Positions 45,193-57,076 of a stretch of 64,000 bases of DNA are shown piece by piece. Position 1 is the stretch's first letter, and the number at the start of each line of letters is the position of its first letter. This stretch comes from Guillardia theta CCMP2712 (taxonomy: Eukaryota; Protista; Cryptophyta), in assembly GCF_000315625.1 (NCBI RefSeq), contig NW_005434638.1:313300-377299 (forward strand), in the 5' to 3' direction. Under the pieces are notes generated by a model that had not been told where the DNA came from, made no database searches, and saw only the letters and a list, made by a program, of their open reading frames with translations. The translations under genes were made by a program, and so were the position numbers.

Positions 45193-47242
45193 ATGGCGGC
45201 TGTAACGCGCCTCCTCCTCTTTGCGGTGCTTGTATGGGGAGCAAGAGGAGGAGACGACGATGGGATGAAGGAAGGTAGGTGTTTGTCTTTCTTCCTCCCC
45301 CCCTGTTCCACATTCAAGGTCCCTTCCTCGTCTCCCCCACTCCTCCTCCTCCCTGTTCCGCCCGACTCGCGATCCCTGACGAGCAGTGCAGAGAAGCTAC
45401 CTCCTGCGTACGATCCAGCATCGTATCCCAGGTGAGCTCGAACCTCTCTGTCCTCCTCTGCTACAAGGCTGAGCAGGGCCCGCAGTCCCGCACACAACCA
45501 CTTGCTACACTTCCAGGAAGACGTCAACGAGTGGAAGTTCGAGACGACGCAGAACCTGCAGCGGCCCTTCATGCAGCAGCTTTACGAGACTTCCAAGCAG
45601 CTGTACGAGGATCCCTACGACGCCAAGTCCTACGTCGATCTCAGGGAGCAGCTCAACTCGCACTGCAACCGGGTGTACAACCAAACATGCGAATGGCAAT
45701 TCAGCCCTCCTTACAACCCAAGGAACCATGTGGAGAGGGAGGAGGGCACCTCGACGAATGCTGCCATCGTCTATCTGTGCTGTGCAGATGCGCAGGAGTT
45801 CCAGGACTTTCTGTGGTCCCTCAAGTTTCTTGATCTCAACTTCAACAATGAGTTCAAGTATCCGGTCGGTCGCGCAAATGGAGGGGGAGGAGGATGGGGG
45901 TTGGGGAGGGGAGCATGAAGGGAGAGAGGAGAAAGGGAGGAGCTAACAGCATAGCATGCAGGTGCTTATCTTCCATGAGAACTTCGGGACTGCTCAGTTC
46001 AACATGATCCGCCAAATGTCCCAGTCCAACATCAGTTTCCACAAAGTGAACCTGCAGGTCCCAAGGTTCCTGGACTTGCAGCAGGTACCCCGGTGGTACA
46101 AGGGATTCTCCCTGGGGTTTCGCAACATGATCCGGTTCCATGCTATCGAGCTGTACGAACATCCTGCCATGCAGCACTTCGACTACTACTGGAGGCTCGA
46201 CTCCGACTCCTTCATCCTGGGCAGGTGAGTACCCTGCCGGCTGCCGCCTCCCCTCGCTCATGGTGGCGCATGCTGACTAGGTTGTGGGTGGATCCCTTCG
46301 AGTTCATGAGGATCAACGACTACAAGTACGGCTTCATAGCGACCATGACGGAGAAGGAAGACTTCATCCAGGACTTGTGGGAGCTGCACGAGGCGCATCG
46401 AAGATCGGAGGGCATCGTGTCCGAATGGTTCAAGGGCAAGTGAGTAGACCGATGCTCCCTTCCCTTCCCTTCCCTTCCCTTTTTCCTTTCCCTCCCTTCC
46501 CTTTTTCCTTTCATTCCCTTCCCTTCCCTTCCCTTCCCTTCCCTTCCCTTCCCTTCCCTTCCCTTCCCTTCCCTTCCCTTCCCTTCCCTTCCCTTCCCTT
46601 CCCTTCCCTTTTCCCCTCCCTCCCTTTCTCTTGACCTCCCCTCCTCCACTCCCTAGTCTCCCACCAACACATTCCCTCACTCCGTCCTCGTGCTCGTCCG
46701 TGCTCTCATCACTCGCTCGCAGGTGGAACGGGTTCGGGTTCTACACCAACTGCGAGATCGCGCGACGAGACTTCTGGCAGCTGCCTCAGGTCCTCGCGTG
46801 CTGGGCGGGGGGAGGACGATGACAGACGGGGCAGGTCGCGTCCTATCTCAAGAGGATAGACCGGGAGGGAGGCATCTACAAGTCGAGGTGAGCGTGCTGT
46901 CAGATAAAGTCCGTCCGCCTCCTCACCCTCATCACAGATGGTCCGAGGCGACGATTCACTTCCTTGCAACCACCCTCTTCTTGGCCTCACAGGTGTTCGC
47001 ACCGAAAGAGAGGAGAAGTGGGGATGGGGGGAGGAAAGGGAGGAAGGGGAGGAGGGAGGAGCAACCCAGGAGGAGGAGGAGGAGGAGAGATGACAACGAG
47101 ACAGGAGCTGTTGCAGATTGTGTTTCTGCCTTACTGGCATCAAAATCTCGTCATCCTACCTCAGCCATGGTCGGAGACGGACCAGACCAACCCGGACGGG
47201 ACAGCCAAGGCGAGACAAGATAGACAAGAGCCGAGGAGTTAG
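45193..47242 (+). CDS. GT15 family alpha-1,2-mannosyltransferase (KRE2/KTR-like), multi-exon
   Basis: Signal MAAVTRLLLFAVLVWG; NAAIVYL; NFNNEFKYP|VLIFHE; GFRNMIRF; FDYYWRLDSDS; DPFEFMRINDYKYGF; FYTNCEIARRDFW; IDREGGIYKSRWSEATIH. Confidence 0.82.
46457..46612 (+). repeat. (TTCCC)n microsatellite in a GT15 intron
   Basis: Seen directly in the sequence. Confidence 0.9.
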
Positions 47243-47338
47243 AAAACCTTAACAAGTGTTGATTTCAAGTATTATAAGATGACGAGAGAGAGATACAAGA
47301 GAAAAGAATATAAACACAGATCAGATCATTGAGGAGCT

Positions 47339-49519
47339 TCAGATGCCCTCGCGCTCCAGGTGCTTCACGAACGCACTAGAACTTGAGAACCCGAGGGCTT
47401 CGATGCCCTTCATACCGATGCCTGACAACATCGTTAGCTCCCGAGCAACTTGAACCAACACGAGACCTTTCGCTTCATCCTCCGCGCGCACAACCTTAGG
47501 ATCCTCGCGCTTGGCCGAGAGCAGGACCTTGTTCTGCCATGCTGTCTCAGACGCCAATGTCGATCATTCGAGCCTTGACTTACCGCAGGAGGAAGACGAG
47601 GAGCGGAGAGTTTCATTCCATGCTTCTGCTCCCATTCAAGCGACTCTTGCTCCTGCCGGACGTGAGAGACGAAGAGCATGGAGGAGGAGACCTTGGAGCT
47701 CAAAGCTCTCTTGGTAGGTGCATCCCCTCGTTGAGCTCCATGGCTCGACGTTGGAGCGGCTGACGAGACCTGCACATGATGACGTCAGACCTCCTAGCCA
47801 GCGCCAGGAGGACGCGCTACCGGTCGAAGGCCTTCGGTCGACTCCCACTTGGCGTCACGTTTCAGCCCTTCGTGGACGATGTCGTGAATCTCATCCTTGA
47901 CCAACCTGACCAGAGATCAGCACAACAGCACCTTCACAACTTCACCCTCCCCTCAAAGCTCCTTCTCCTCCTTCACCCTCCCTCACCACTTTCCCTCCCT
48001 CTCTTTCCCCTCTGCTTACTTGATCGGAATCAGAGCTAAGCCGTCCACGCGGGCCTCATTCTCCAACATCTTGATTGATTGCTCCTTCTTGAGCTCATTC
48101 TGAGAGCTTGATTTCAAATCAGACTTTGAAACTTTGAAGTCAGCAAGATGATTTCGAGCTGATCCTGAAATTTTCGTTCAGTGGCACCAAGATCTCAGCA
48201 GGGGCAACATACTTGGCTGTTGTGCTTCCTGCTGCTTCGGCTTCAGACTGAGCGACATGATGGAGGCGCGCGACCCTCTGAGAGCATCGATCGGCTTGAT
48301 GCCATGCTCGAGATACCACTTGACCACCTGTCAAGTTCATAGCCGTCAGCTAGCCTACATGCCTTGAGAGCAAGCAAGACATCACAGGGTCCGTGCTTGC
48401 TTCTGCATCGCGTTTCCACGTCTTCAAAGTTGTTCGCTCAGACTTGTGCAGGTTGTTGAGATGGCTCGCTCGCTTGGCGGCGGCAAGCTTGTGCAGCTCC
48501 TCCTGACACAACTTGTTAAGCAGCATAGTAAGCAGTCAGCCCTCTCCCACCTTGGCCTGCTTGACCTTCTCCTCTGCCTTCTCCTCCTCCATCTTGACTT
48601 TTGCAACTTTCACATGAACGTCGGCAGGTGGATGCGACAGAGCAGGAACAGAGTGCGAGGTGCGAGTCTGAGGTCGTGGAGTTGGAGGAGCAGCCTTCTT
48701 CAAGCTTTTCTCCTGGGCATTCACGTGGTTGAGCGACTGCTGTTGTACCTTCGACTCTTCAGCTGCAAGCAGGACAAGACTTAGCGCCATCATGTGCCGT
48801 GAAGCGAAAGCAACCACCTTTGAGACGCATGCAATAGTCAACGCTGTGATAGAAGAAGCAGTCCGCATCGTAGGTGCCCCCGACCTGTCCCATGTCACAC
48901 ACAACTTCGAGAGCTCAGAGATCACGTACTGATGGCTTTGCTGTGGATGCTGATCCTGAGCCCTTCAAGGACTGCTCTCGTCGCGCGCAGTAGCTAGCAG
49001 GGTGCTTGTAATAGCAATCTACACCACTGCAGATGATTCAGCACAGCATTAACTTTGTAGCAAGAAATGAAGTCACGTGGCAGGATGACCACTCTTCTCT
49101 CCCTGAAACAGTTTTCCCGTCTGCAGGTATCTGATCGCCCACTTCGACTGCTCGCTGACTTCGGGCGAATGATCCTGCTGGTAAAGCTTTCAAGAGTGGC
49201 CTCTCGAGTGCGCTGGAGATCGCACACCTTGGCAGCCGGCGAGGATGACGAGTCAGCATGCGAGTTTGAGTTGGGAAACGTGAGAATGTTTGCATATGAC
49301 TCGAGCTCTGCGCTGGCTGACGGCTTCTGCAGTACAGTGTGACAAAGGCAGGCCATGGACATGGAAGCGGCTTACCACCATCCCATCCCCCCCAAAGATG
49401 TAAAGCACACTTCTGGAGCTTGTCGACTCATCTCCTCCTCTTATTGTCGTCAGCAAAAGCGCCATAGATAGCGCTAGTGCCGCCATCGCAGCGGCTGCTG
49501 ACCGCCCAAGACCTGCCAT
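47339..49519 (-). CDS. Hypothetical protein with an N-terminal signal/anchor, multi-exon
   Basis: MAGLGRSAAAAMAALALSMALLLTTIRGG.. followed by several spliceable minus-strand exons with A/K/E-rich coiled-coil-like segments; stop at 47339. No recognisable domain. Confidence 0.45.
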
Positions 49520-49850
49520 GGCGCCGAACCCTCTATTTCCGGACGAGCGCAGAAATGGGATTGTGAGGGGATGAGGGGTCATCAGATGAGGATGAGGGCG
49601 ATGAGCTGGAGACTTCAACTTCCTACCCTACCCCCTTTTAGGTCCGTGACTCCACCCCTACCCCATCCCCTGCCAGGAAACACAAGTTGATCACCCCACC
49701 TATCTCATTCCCTGATGACAATTGATCTGGGTACGGGTACTTGACTACTCAAATGTACCCCTGTGGGTGCCTTCACCATCGTTTCAAGGCACCCCCCCCT
49801 TATGTCCACCCCACCCCATCCCTGCAGGACCACATCACTGGCCGCCTGCC

Positions 49851-49953
49851 ATGCAGGAGGTTCTGCTCAGCTTCGGCCCCGCCACCTACCGCCTCCACCT
49901 CGACACGGAGCAGCCAGCCGCCTTGTTCCACACGTGAGAGGAGGAGGAGGAGG

Positions 49954-49989
<36 letters not shown>

Positions 49990-51417
49990 ATAGGGCGTCG
50001 ATGATGGGCAAGAGTTGCTGGTAGTGCTGTTACAGATGATGCAGGAAGGGTGAAGGTTGGTGAGGGAGAGCAGGTGGTGGAGGGTTCTCTAGCTTCTGAG
50101 AAGTAGAAGAGAAGCTCAGCAGCGCATACAATCAGGTGATCACCTCAGCTCTCAGTCGTGCGGATGAGAAGGCCAGGGTACCGTAAGAACAGTGCTGGGA
50201 AACAATGGTGCTGGAGTGTTTTACCTCCAGGTGCACGAGGAGCTAGCTTGTAGATGTAGTGCAAGATCTGCCAGCTATCTGTGTTAGTTCGAACGTCATG
50301 GGCTGATCAGATCGACAAAGAATGAGTCACACTGAATGACGTCGCCATTGAAGTCAGGTGTACCTGGCGACTGGCGTGCATCCAAAGAGGCAGAAGGTGA
50401 TCGGGTTCAAGGGGCCCGGAGGTCCCATCGCTCCTCTCCTCCCCGATGGAGATCTGACCAAGATGGGCATCCATGATGGGATGAAGCTGAGCCTGACCAT
50501 GTAAGGAGGGGGGAGCTTCCCCTGATGCCGTTTCCTCACGAGGGTTGGGTTCAGGTTGCCTGTGGGGCAGGAGATTGAGCCGACGCAGACATCTCCTCAC
50601 CCTGTGGATAGGATCGGAAAGAAAATCATGGTGATGGGGCAGCGGGTTGATGCGATCGAGAGGATCGTCTCGTTCCATGGGGAGGTGGTCGAGGTCATGC
50701 AGAAGCTGCACAAGCTCGCTCTCTACCTTGCTGAAGATGGGATGAAGGTTGGTTGTAGATGTTGATGTTGGTGATGGTTATACCAATGATGATGATGAAT
50801 GAATGATGAATGGGTGATGTTGATATTGCCATCAACTTTGTCGTCGTCATCTCCATCGAAGCACATTAGTGTTCTGGGCCTAGATATTTGCGTGATCAAT
50901 TTTGATTGTTGTTTGCTGCTCTTGCTCTTGCTCTTGCTCTTGCTCTTGCTCTTGCCCTTGCCCTTGCTCTTGTCGTTCCTCGCCCTCCCTTCTCACTCTG
51001 CTGGATGCGATCAGCTGATGTTGTCTGTCGACGAGCTCAACGGGGATGAGAACATTCGCATGGCGAGAAAGGGACTCGTGAAGAGCATGAACCACATCCT
51101 TGACAGGTCAATCTCTCTTACCTATTTCTCTCCTTCCTCTCCTTGCTCGTCCCTACCTCCTCCTCTTTCTCTCCCTTCACCCTTTCCTCTCCTTCCCCTT
51201 CTTTGTCTACTGCCTCTTTCTCTCCTCCCCTCTCCTTCGTCTCTCCCCTCTCCTCTCTCCTCTCTCTCCTATCCTCTCTCTCCGCTCTCTCTTCTCTCTC
51301 CCTGCGCTGCATTCTTTGCCCTGCCTTACTAGACTGCTTTCTGACCTGGATGTGATCAGATTGGAAAAGCTCAAGACGGAGCTCAACGTCCCTTCCCTTC
51401 AGAACGAGAGCTCCTGA
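49851..51417 (+). CDS. BAG-family co-chaperone (ubiquitin-like + BAG domain)
   Basis: UBL VYLATGVHPKRQKVIGFK..DLTKMGIHDGMKLSL; BAG LAEDGMK|LMLSVDELNGDENIRMARKGLVKSMNHILDR|LEKLK. Confidence 0.75.
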
Positions 51418-51695
51418 CCCCCATGCACTGGCGAGTGAGATGTGCATGGACGTGCTTTCGGATGGAGCCGGCGCAGCGAAGGCCCGGGGCCCGGAGGCCC
51501 GGCCAGTCCTACAGCCGAAGACTGAGCCGAAGACTGAAGAAGTGAATTGAGACGGACTGACGTTTCATTCATGTAGATTATGCGCTTACATGTAAGATCC
51601 TGTGAATAAGATGTCCTCAAAGTAGACCGAACGAGCGACAGAGAGTTCTTGGGATGATCCTCCTTCACTGATATCTTACTGTCCTCTCCTCTCCT

Positions 51696-53563
51696 TCACT
51701 TCCTCTGGACGATGGAGGGCAGCGCATGATGCGGGTGTGCGAAGAAGGGTAAGTTCTTGCTCAGGTCAATGACCGGCAGCTGGCCGAACCTCATGTAGTG
51801 CGGCTCGAAACCTACGTGGAACCAGTTAGCTCAAACTCAACTCATGCTGGCCCTCCTCCTGCCCCATCTCTCCCTCCCTCCCTCCCTTCCCTCCCTCCCT
51901 TCCCTCCCTCCCTTCCCTCCCTCCCTTTCTCGCTTCCCTCCTTTCTTCCTTCCCTCCTCCCTCTCCCCCTTCTTTCCTGCACCTTTCCTTCCTCCTTTCT
52001 TTCCTCTTCCCCCCTCCTTCCCTTTCCCTTCCTGCCAGCCATCTCCCAAACCGCTCACAAGCGGCACGAAGAGGCAGGGCTGCTCGCTTACCTGCCGCAT
52101 CCTGCGGGTGCGAGACCAAGTGAGGCTGGGCCGAGTGGACGTGCGCCAAGTGCCTCGCTGCTCCTGCACCTCCGACCGGCTCGTCGGGCGCGTATGTGAG
52201 GGGACGGGAGTGCGACAGGGCTGACTCGGGCCGAGGAGGGACGTCGCGCGGGGCTGCGCGAGGACGGAAGTGGGGGATTCCGTCCGGGTCCACGGAGGAC
52301 ACAACCTTTTCGGAAGCCAAGGCCCTGAGCAAATGGTTCCCGTCCAAGCTCTTGTACTTGACCTCCTCCCTGGACGGTTGCTGGGCAGCAGGAGGCGGCA
52401 TCTTCGATTTGCTTTCCTCCTCCTCCTGCCGTTGGATCCTCCAGTTCACCCGGTCAGCGAAGTACTGGCTGGGCTTGCCACTGTCGGAGGGAGCAGACCT
52501 GCGCGCATGGGTTTCATCCTCCCCCAGCTGACATTCAGCTCACCTTGCACTCGTCACCACGTGATGCCCCTGTGCCGGCACCACGTGATGCCCCTGTGCC
52601 CTGAGCTGGACCTCCTGCACGGCCTGGATGGGAACGTCGTAGAGCCTCTGCTGGACGGCAGCTCCGCTCTGCGGAGCTCTTGTACTGGAAGATGGAGGAA
52701 GAGACCTGGGGCAGGGAATGAGCTACGGCACCCTCGCTCCTCCTCTTACATCCCAATCTCCATGCTCGCGCTCATGTACGGCCGCGCGTCCATGCTCGCG
52801 CTCATGGACGGGACTCGCTCGCCATGCATCGCTTGGGGAGGCAGGACGGGCGACCGGCTGGTAGGAGGATGCGAGAAGATGTTGGAGCCGCTGATCCGGA
52901 GGCTGCCCTGGTCCAGCTGGGGGACAAGGGCGGGTACGCTCCTTCTGCTGTCTGGCTTGACCAGAGCAGGAGGAGGCGAGGCGACCTTGAGAATGGGCTG
53001 CGCTGGAGGAGAGGGGAGAGCTCTGTCCTTGCCCGCTAGTTCAGCTGCCGTTATATCAGAAAGCACGAACATCGCAAGGAGCAGCGCCCGCCACCTCGCC
53101 ATCCCGTCCGGTGCTGGCACAACTCCTCGTGGCTCGCTACTGTGTTGTAGTCCCCGGAGAACCCGCAGCCGAAGTCGCAGCGGAACAAGAGGGCGTTGTC
53201 CTTGTTCTCCTCCGCTGCCGAGGGGGCGGGGGCCGGGGGAGCAGGAAGGTGCTGGTCATGATGGTTCGCATGTCTGGCCGACCCCTCAAAGGCGATGTCG
53301 ACTCTGTGAGGAACGGCCTGGTCCTCGCTCGCCCCCGCCCCCTCCCTGCCCTGTTGTGCTGCTGGGAATCGAAACTCCTGCTGGGGGAGTCAGCGTTACT
53401 CTGTTTCTCCTGCTCCGATACCGTGGGAGTGCTGGCAGGAGGCGACAAGGTCTCTTCGGCCTCGGGGACGCTCTCCACAGGAGCGGACGGGGAGGAGAAG
53501 CCTGACGGGAGTATGGCAGCTTTGGACCTGACCTCCTCCTCCTTCTTCTGCCTCCCTTGTCAG

Positions 53564-53597
<34 letters not shown>

Positions 53598-54281
53598 CGA
53601 AGGTGGTGATGAGGGGGGGGGGGGGGGGGGGAGGCAGCGAGGTAGCAGCTGGAGGGTTCAGACCTTGGGGATCTTTGAATGAGAGGGAGAGCTTCGAGAG
53701 CTTCTGGAGATTGTCGGCGAGAACGACTGGGAGTGCTGCGAGATCGAGTGTGAACGAGGGAAGTCTCGAAATTCCTTCGTCCTACCGTCACTGGAGCCCT
53801 CAACAGCTTCACCACTCTCTCCACGTCGTCTTTCATGCTTCGAATCAACAGCTCCACCGCTGTCCCTTCAAGACCTGCGCCGTCGTCATGCCATGCTAGC
53901 GGGCTCTACCGTGACCGACCCAGAATCAGTTTGCTGACGTCCTTGGAGTCACTTCCTTCCAAGCTGAAACCGTCCACCGCTAGGATGATGTCGCCGGGAA
54001 ACAAGATCGCCTTGGATGGGCCGTGCCTGTGCAGGACCAGGCTGAACGGGAGCGGAAGGCACTCAGAGGCAGCAAGGGACTCACTCGGCAGCCTGCGTGA
54101 CGATGAACTGTCTTGATGTCTTGTCATGCCTGCCATGGCGATCAGACATGGCGGCAGTCGGTCGCAGAGGTCACTTGAAAGTTATCCCGATCCCCACAAA
54201 GTCTTCCAGCCCTTCCTTCTTGAGCGCTGCGTTGGCAGCGACAATCTTGGACTTCTTGTCGCTTAGAGGACGGATATCCAT
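51696..54281 (-). CDS. PDZ-domain protein with a long low-complexity C-terminal region; ends uncertain
   Basis: FVGIGITFK..FIVTQAAE..GPSKAILFPGDIILAVDGFSLEGSDSKDVSKLILG..VELLI matches a PDZ pattern. Confidence 0.6.
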
Positions 54282-54504
54282 AGCTAGCGACCTCTCCTCT
54301 CCTTAAATCCTGGTTCATCAGCACAAGGAACACACTGGCAGCCTGCTGAGAATCTTCCTGCATCATTTCCTCTAGTCCCACGTCCTCTCCCCCGGTCTCT
54401 CCCTTCCACTCCCGACCCCAATCCCTCGCTCCTTTATCCTCTTCGAATCTCCTCCCTCGCACATAAGGGTCCGAGGCTCCCCGGTGTCCTCCCTACTCCC
54501 TCCC

Positions 54505-54645
54505 TCTTCTCTCTCCCTCTCTCCTCTTCTCTCTCCCTCCCTCTCTCCTCTTCTCTCTCCCTCCCTCTCTCCTCTTCTCTCTCCCTCCCTCTCTCCTCTT
54601 CTCCCTCTCTTCCTCTCTCCTCTTCTCCCTCCCTCCCTCTCCTCC
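54505..54645. repeat. 24-bp CT-rich minisatellite (~5 copies)
   Basis: ctctctcctcttctctctccctcc is repeated. Confidence 0.85.
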
Positions 54646-54790
54646 TTGATTGTTCGGCGTCCCTTCTACACATTGACAAGCTCCGAGGGCTTGACAGCTG
54701 TGCATGTACATCATAGCCCTCCCCCTCATCCCCACACACACCCTATTTCCTAAAAAGTAAAAACCAGAGTAAAACCAGAGCAACGAGCCC

Positions 54791-56839
54791 ATGGTGCCAT
54801 GGCTGCTCAGCGACATCTTGATAGTCGCGGGGGCAGCGACTGCCGTAGCCTGGCATGGCAGAGGTGAGGAGGAGGAGGAGGAGGAAGAGGAAGAGGAGGA
54901 GGAGGAGGAGGAAGAGCTCAAAAATGGCCAACTTCCGCTAGAGCGGGTGCACGAGAGAAGGAGAGGAGGTCGATGAGGTCGGAACAGATGGAGGAGCGCG
55001 GTGTTTGGAGGTGGTTGGTGGGATTCAGGGGAGGAGAAGGAAGAGAGAAGGAGTTCTACTTGTTCTATCCCTCTCGATTTGCTAGTGGTGCCTGCTGAGA
55101 TGCCATGGTAGGGATGCTTCTCGTGTTCAAGACTCGTTCGGGGCCGTTCAATCAGATGTAAGCAGGAATCTTCTTTGTGATCGTTGCCGTTTACGTCTTG
55201 CTCCATTCAGGTGGTTTCCGAGGATGTGGATTTTGTTTCTCTTCCTGCTATGGACTGTGAGCGATGTTGCCTGCTGCTTTCTTGTTGCTGATGCTGTTCA
55301 AGTTTTCCTTTGGCCTCTGTATGTCGCAGGTTCAGGCATTGCTGCCGGGGAGCGCAGCAGAGGCATGTCAAGCCTTCTCCTTTGTCAAAGATGGAGTTCT
55401 TGAGCCATGGACTTGCATCCTCCTGGTCCTGCTGCTCAAGATACAATGGCCAGGTGTAGAGTGAGGTCGCGAGGCAATGCTTATGGGGGAGCAGGGACGG
55501 TTGTGATCGCGCTCCAGTGGATGAGGGGGCAGCTGCAGGGCTCCTTCAGTAGTGCCCTCAAGCAGTTCGATGCGTCGACAGTTCACTTGTCTCCTGCAGC
55601 GACGGTGAAGAAGAGAAGCAGAGGAGGAAGAAGAGGGGGGGGCGGAAGACGGGAGGGGAGGGAGAGGAGGGGAGGGAGGGGAGGGGAGGGGCGGAGGACT
55701 GACTGAAGGCATGCTGCAGATGTGGCTTTCAATGCTGCTGCTTGTCCCCTCGATCGCCTTCCATGTCACCTGGTGGCCCTTTTCCTCCTCCTGACGCTCT
55801 TGAGCCTCATCGGATGCTCCTCAGGTACAAGTTCAGCCTCTCGGGATCTGCGTGGGACCCGATGGCAGTGACCTACTCCAGCCCATGTGAGAGCAGGTGA
55901 AGAGCTGGGGACGAGTCGAGGGCTGCTTGTCAACGTACCGTAGGCTCGGCCACCTGCTGGGGTTTCTTTCTACGACCTCTGCGCCATCTTCTTCTTGCAG
56001 GTAGCCTTCCCCTCCTCAGCTCGCTCCTGCCTCACCCGAGCACGCAGCTCTATGCTACGAGACTGGCCGGCATGGCCATCAACAGGAAGATCAGAAGCAG
56101 GCTCTTCATGTGAGGCTTCTACCCCAGCTACGATCTAGCTGACGTCCACATGCTCAGGATGAAGTGGGTGATCTCGAGCTTGCTCCTGCTGCAGCTCCTT
56201 CTGCGGTACGTCTCGCTGCTCCACAGAGCGATCATGGGAGGCGACCTGGCGCAGTGGAAGAAGGAGATCATCTTCATCTGCTACTTCTGGACAGTGGTAT
56301 GCTCCCTCCTCTCCTCAGCTCGTTCTCCTCCCCTCCTCCTTCAGCTCCCTCTCCTCAGCTGGGCTCGTTCTCCTCCCCTCCTCCTTCAGCTCCCTCCTCT
56401 CCTTAGCTCGTTCTCCTCCCCTCCTCCTTAAGCTCCCTCCTCTCCTCAGCTCGTTCTCCTCCCCTCCTCCTTCAGCTCCCTCCTTTCTTCAGCTCGTTCT
56501 CCTCCCCTCCTCCTCCGTATCTTCCCGTCCGCTTCTCGCTCATCTTCCCTGTCTCTCCCTCCTCTCCCTCCTCTGCGTTGTCGTCCCTGGTTCTCCTATC
56601 CCGACTGTTGATGAGCATGTGCTCAGGTCGTGTTCGGCATGTCGTCCTCGTGGCTCCTCGTCTTCAGGCCCGTGCTGCAGTCCAGGTCTCTATCGATGCC
56701 CCGCAAGGAGAAGAAGGAGGAGGTGAAGGAGGCCAAGACAGCGAGCTCCTCGCAAGGGAGTCGAGGGCATGCCGACACGACTCTCCTGTACCATATGCCC
56801 TTGACAGACATAGTGGAGGGTGGCGGGAAGACGGAGTGA
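54791..56839 (+). CDS. Multi-pass membrane protein of unknown family, many small exons
   Basis: Successive hydrophobic exons (MVPWLLSDILIVAGAATAVAW; FYDLCAIFFLQ; MKWVISSLLLLQLLLRYV; EIIFICYFWTV; VVFGMSSSWLLVFRP) and a charged tail ending at TGA 56837-56839. Confidence 0.5.
56301..56515 (+). repeat. ~43-bp intronic minisatellite (~5 copies)
   Basis: gctccctcctctcctcagctcgttctcctcccctcctccttca is repeated with minor variants. Confidence 0.9.
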
Positions 56840-57076
56840 GGAAGGGGCAAATGAAAGAAGGGGCGATGAGCGAGGAGGAGGACGTGTACAATATTGCTAT
56901 GTGTGTAATTGTGTATAGTTTCGTATATTGCATCTCTTGGAAAAACAGAAGGCAATCTGATCCAGCAATGTGTGCAAATCTTCAAGTGGTGCAGTCCGGA
57001 AGGGCGAGAGGACGAGGTTGAAGGAGGAGGGAAAGGAGGAGGGGGGAGTGCGTTGAAGCGGGGGAAGTGGCAGACT

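Noticed and set aside
52270-53505. 411-aa plus-strand ORF
   Set aside because: It is antisense to the PDZ gene exons, low in complexity, and has no motifs.
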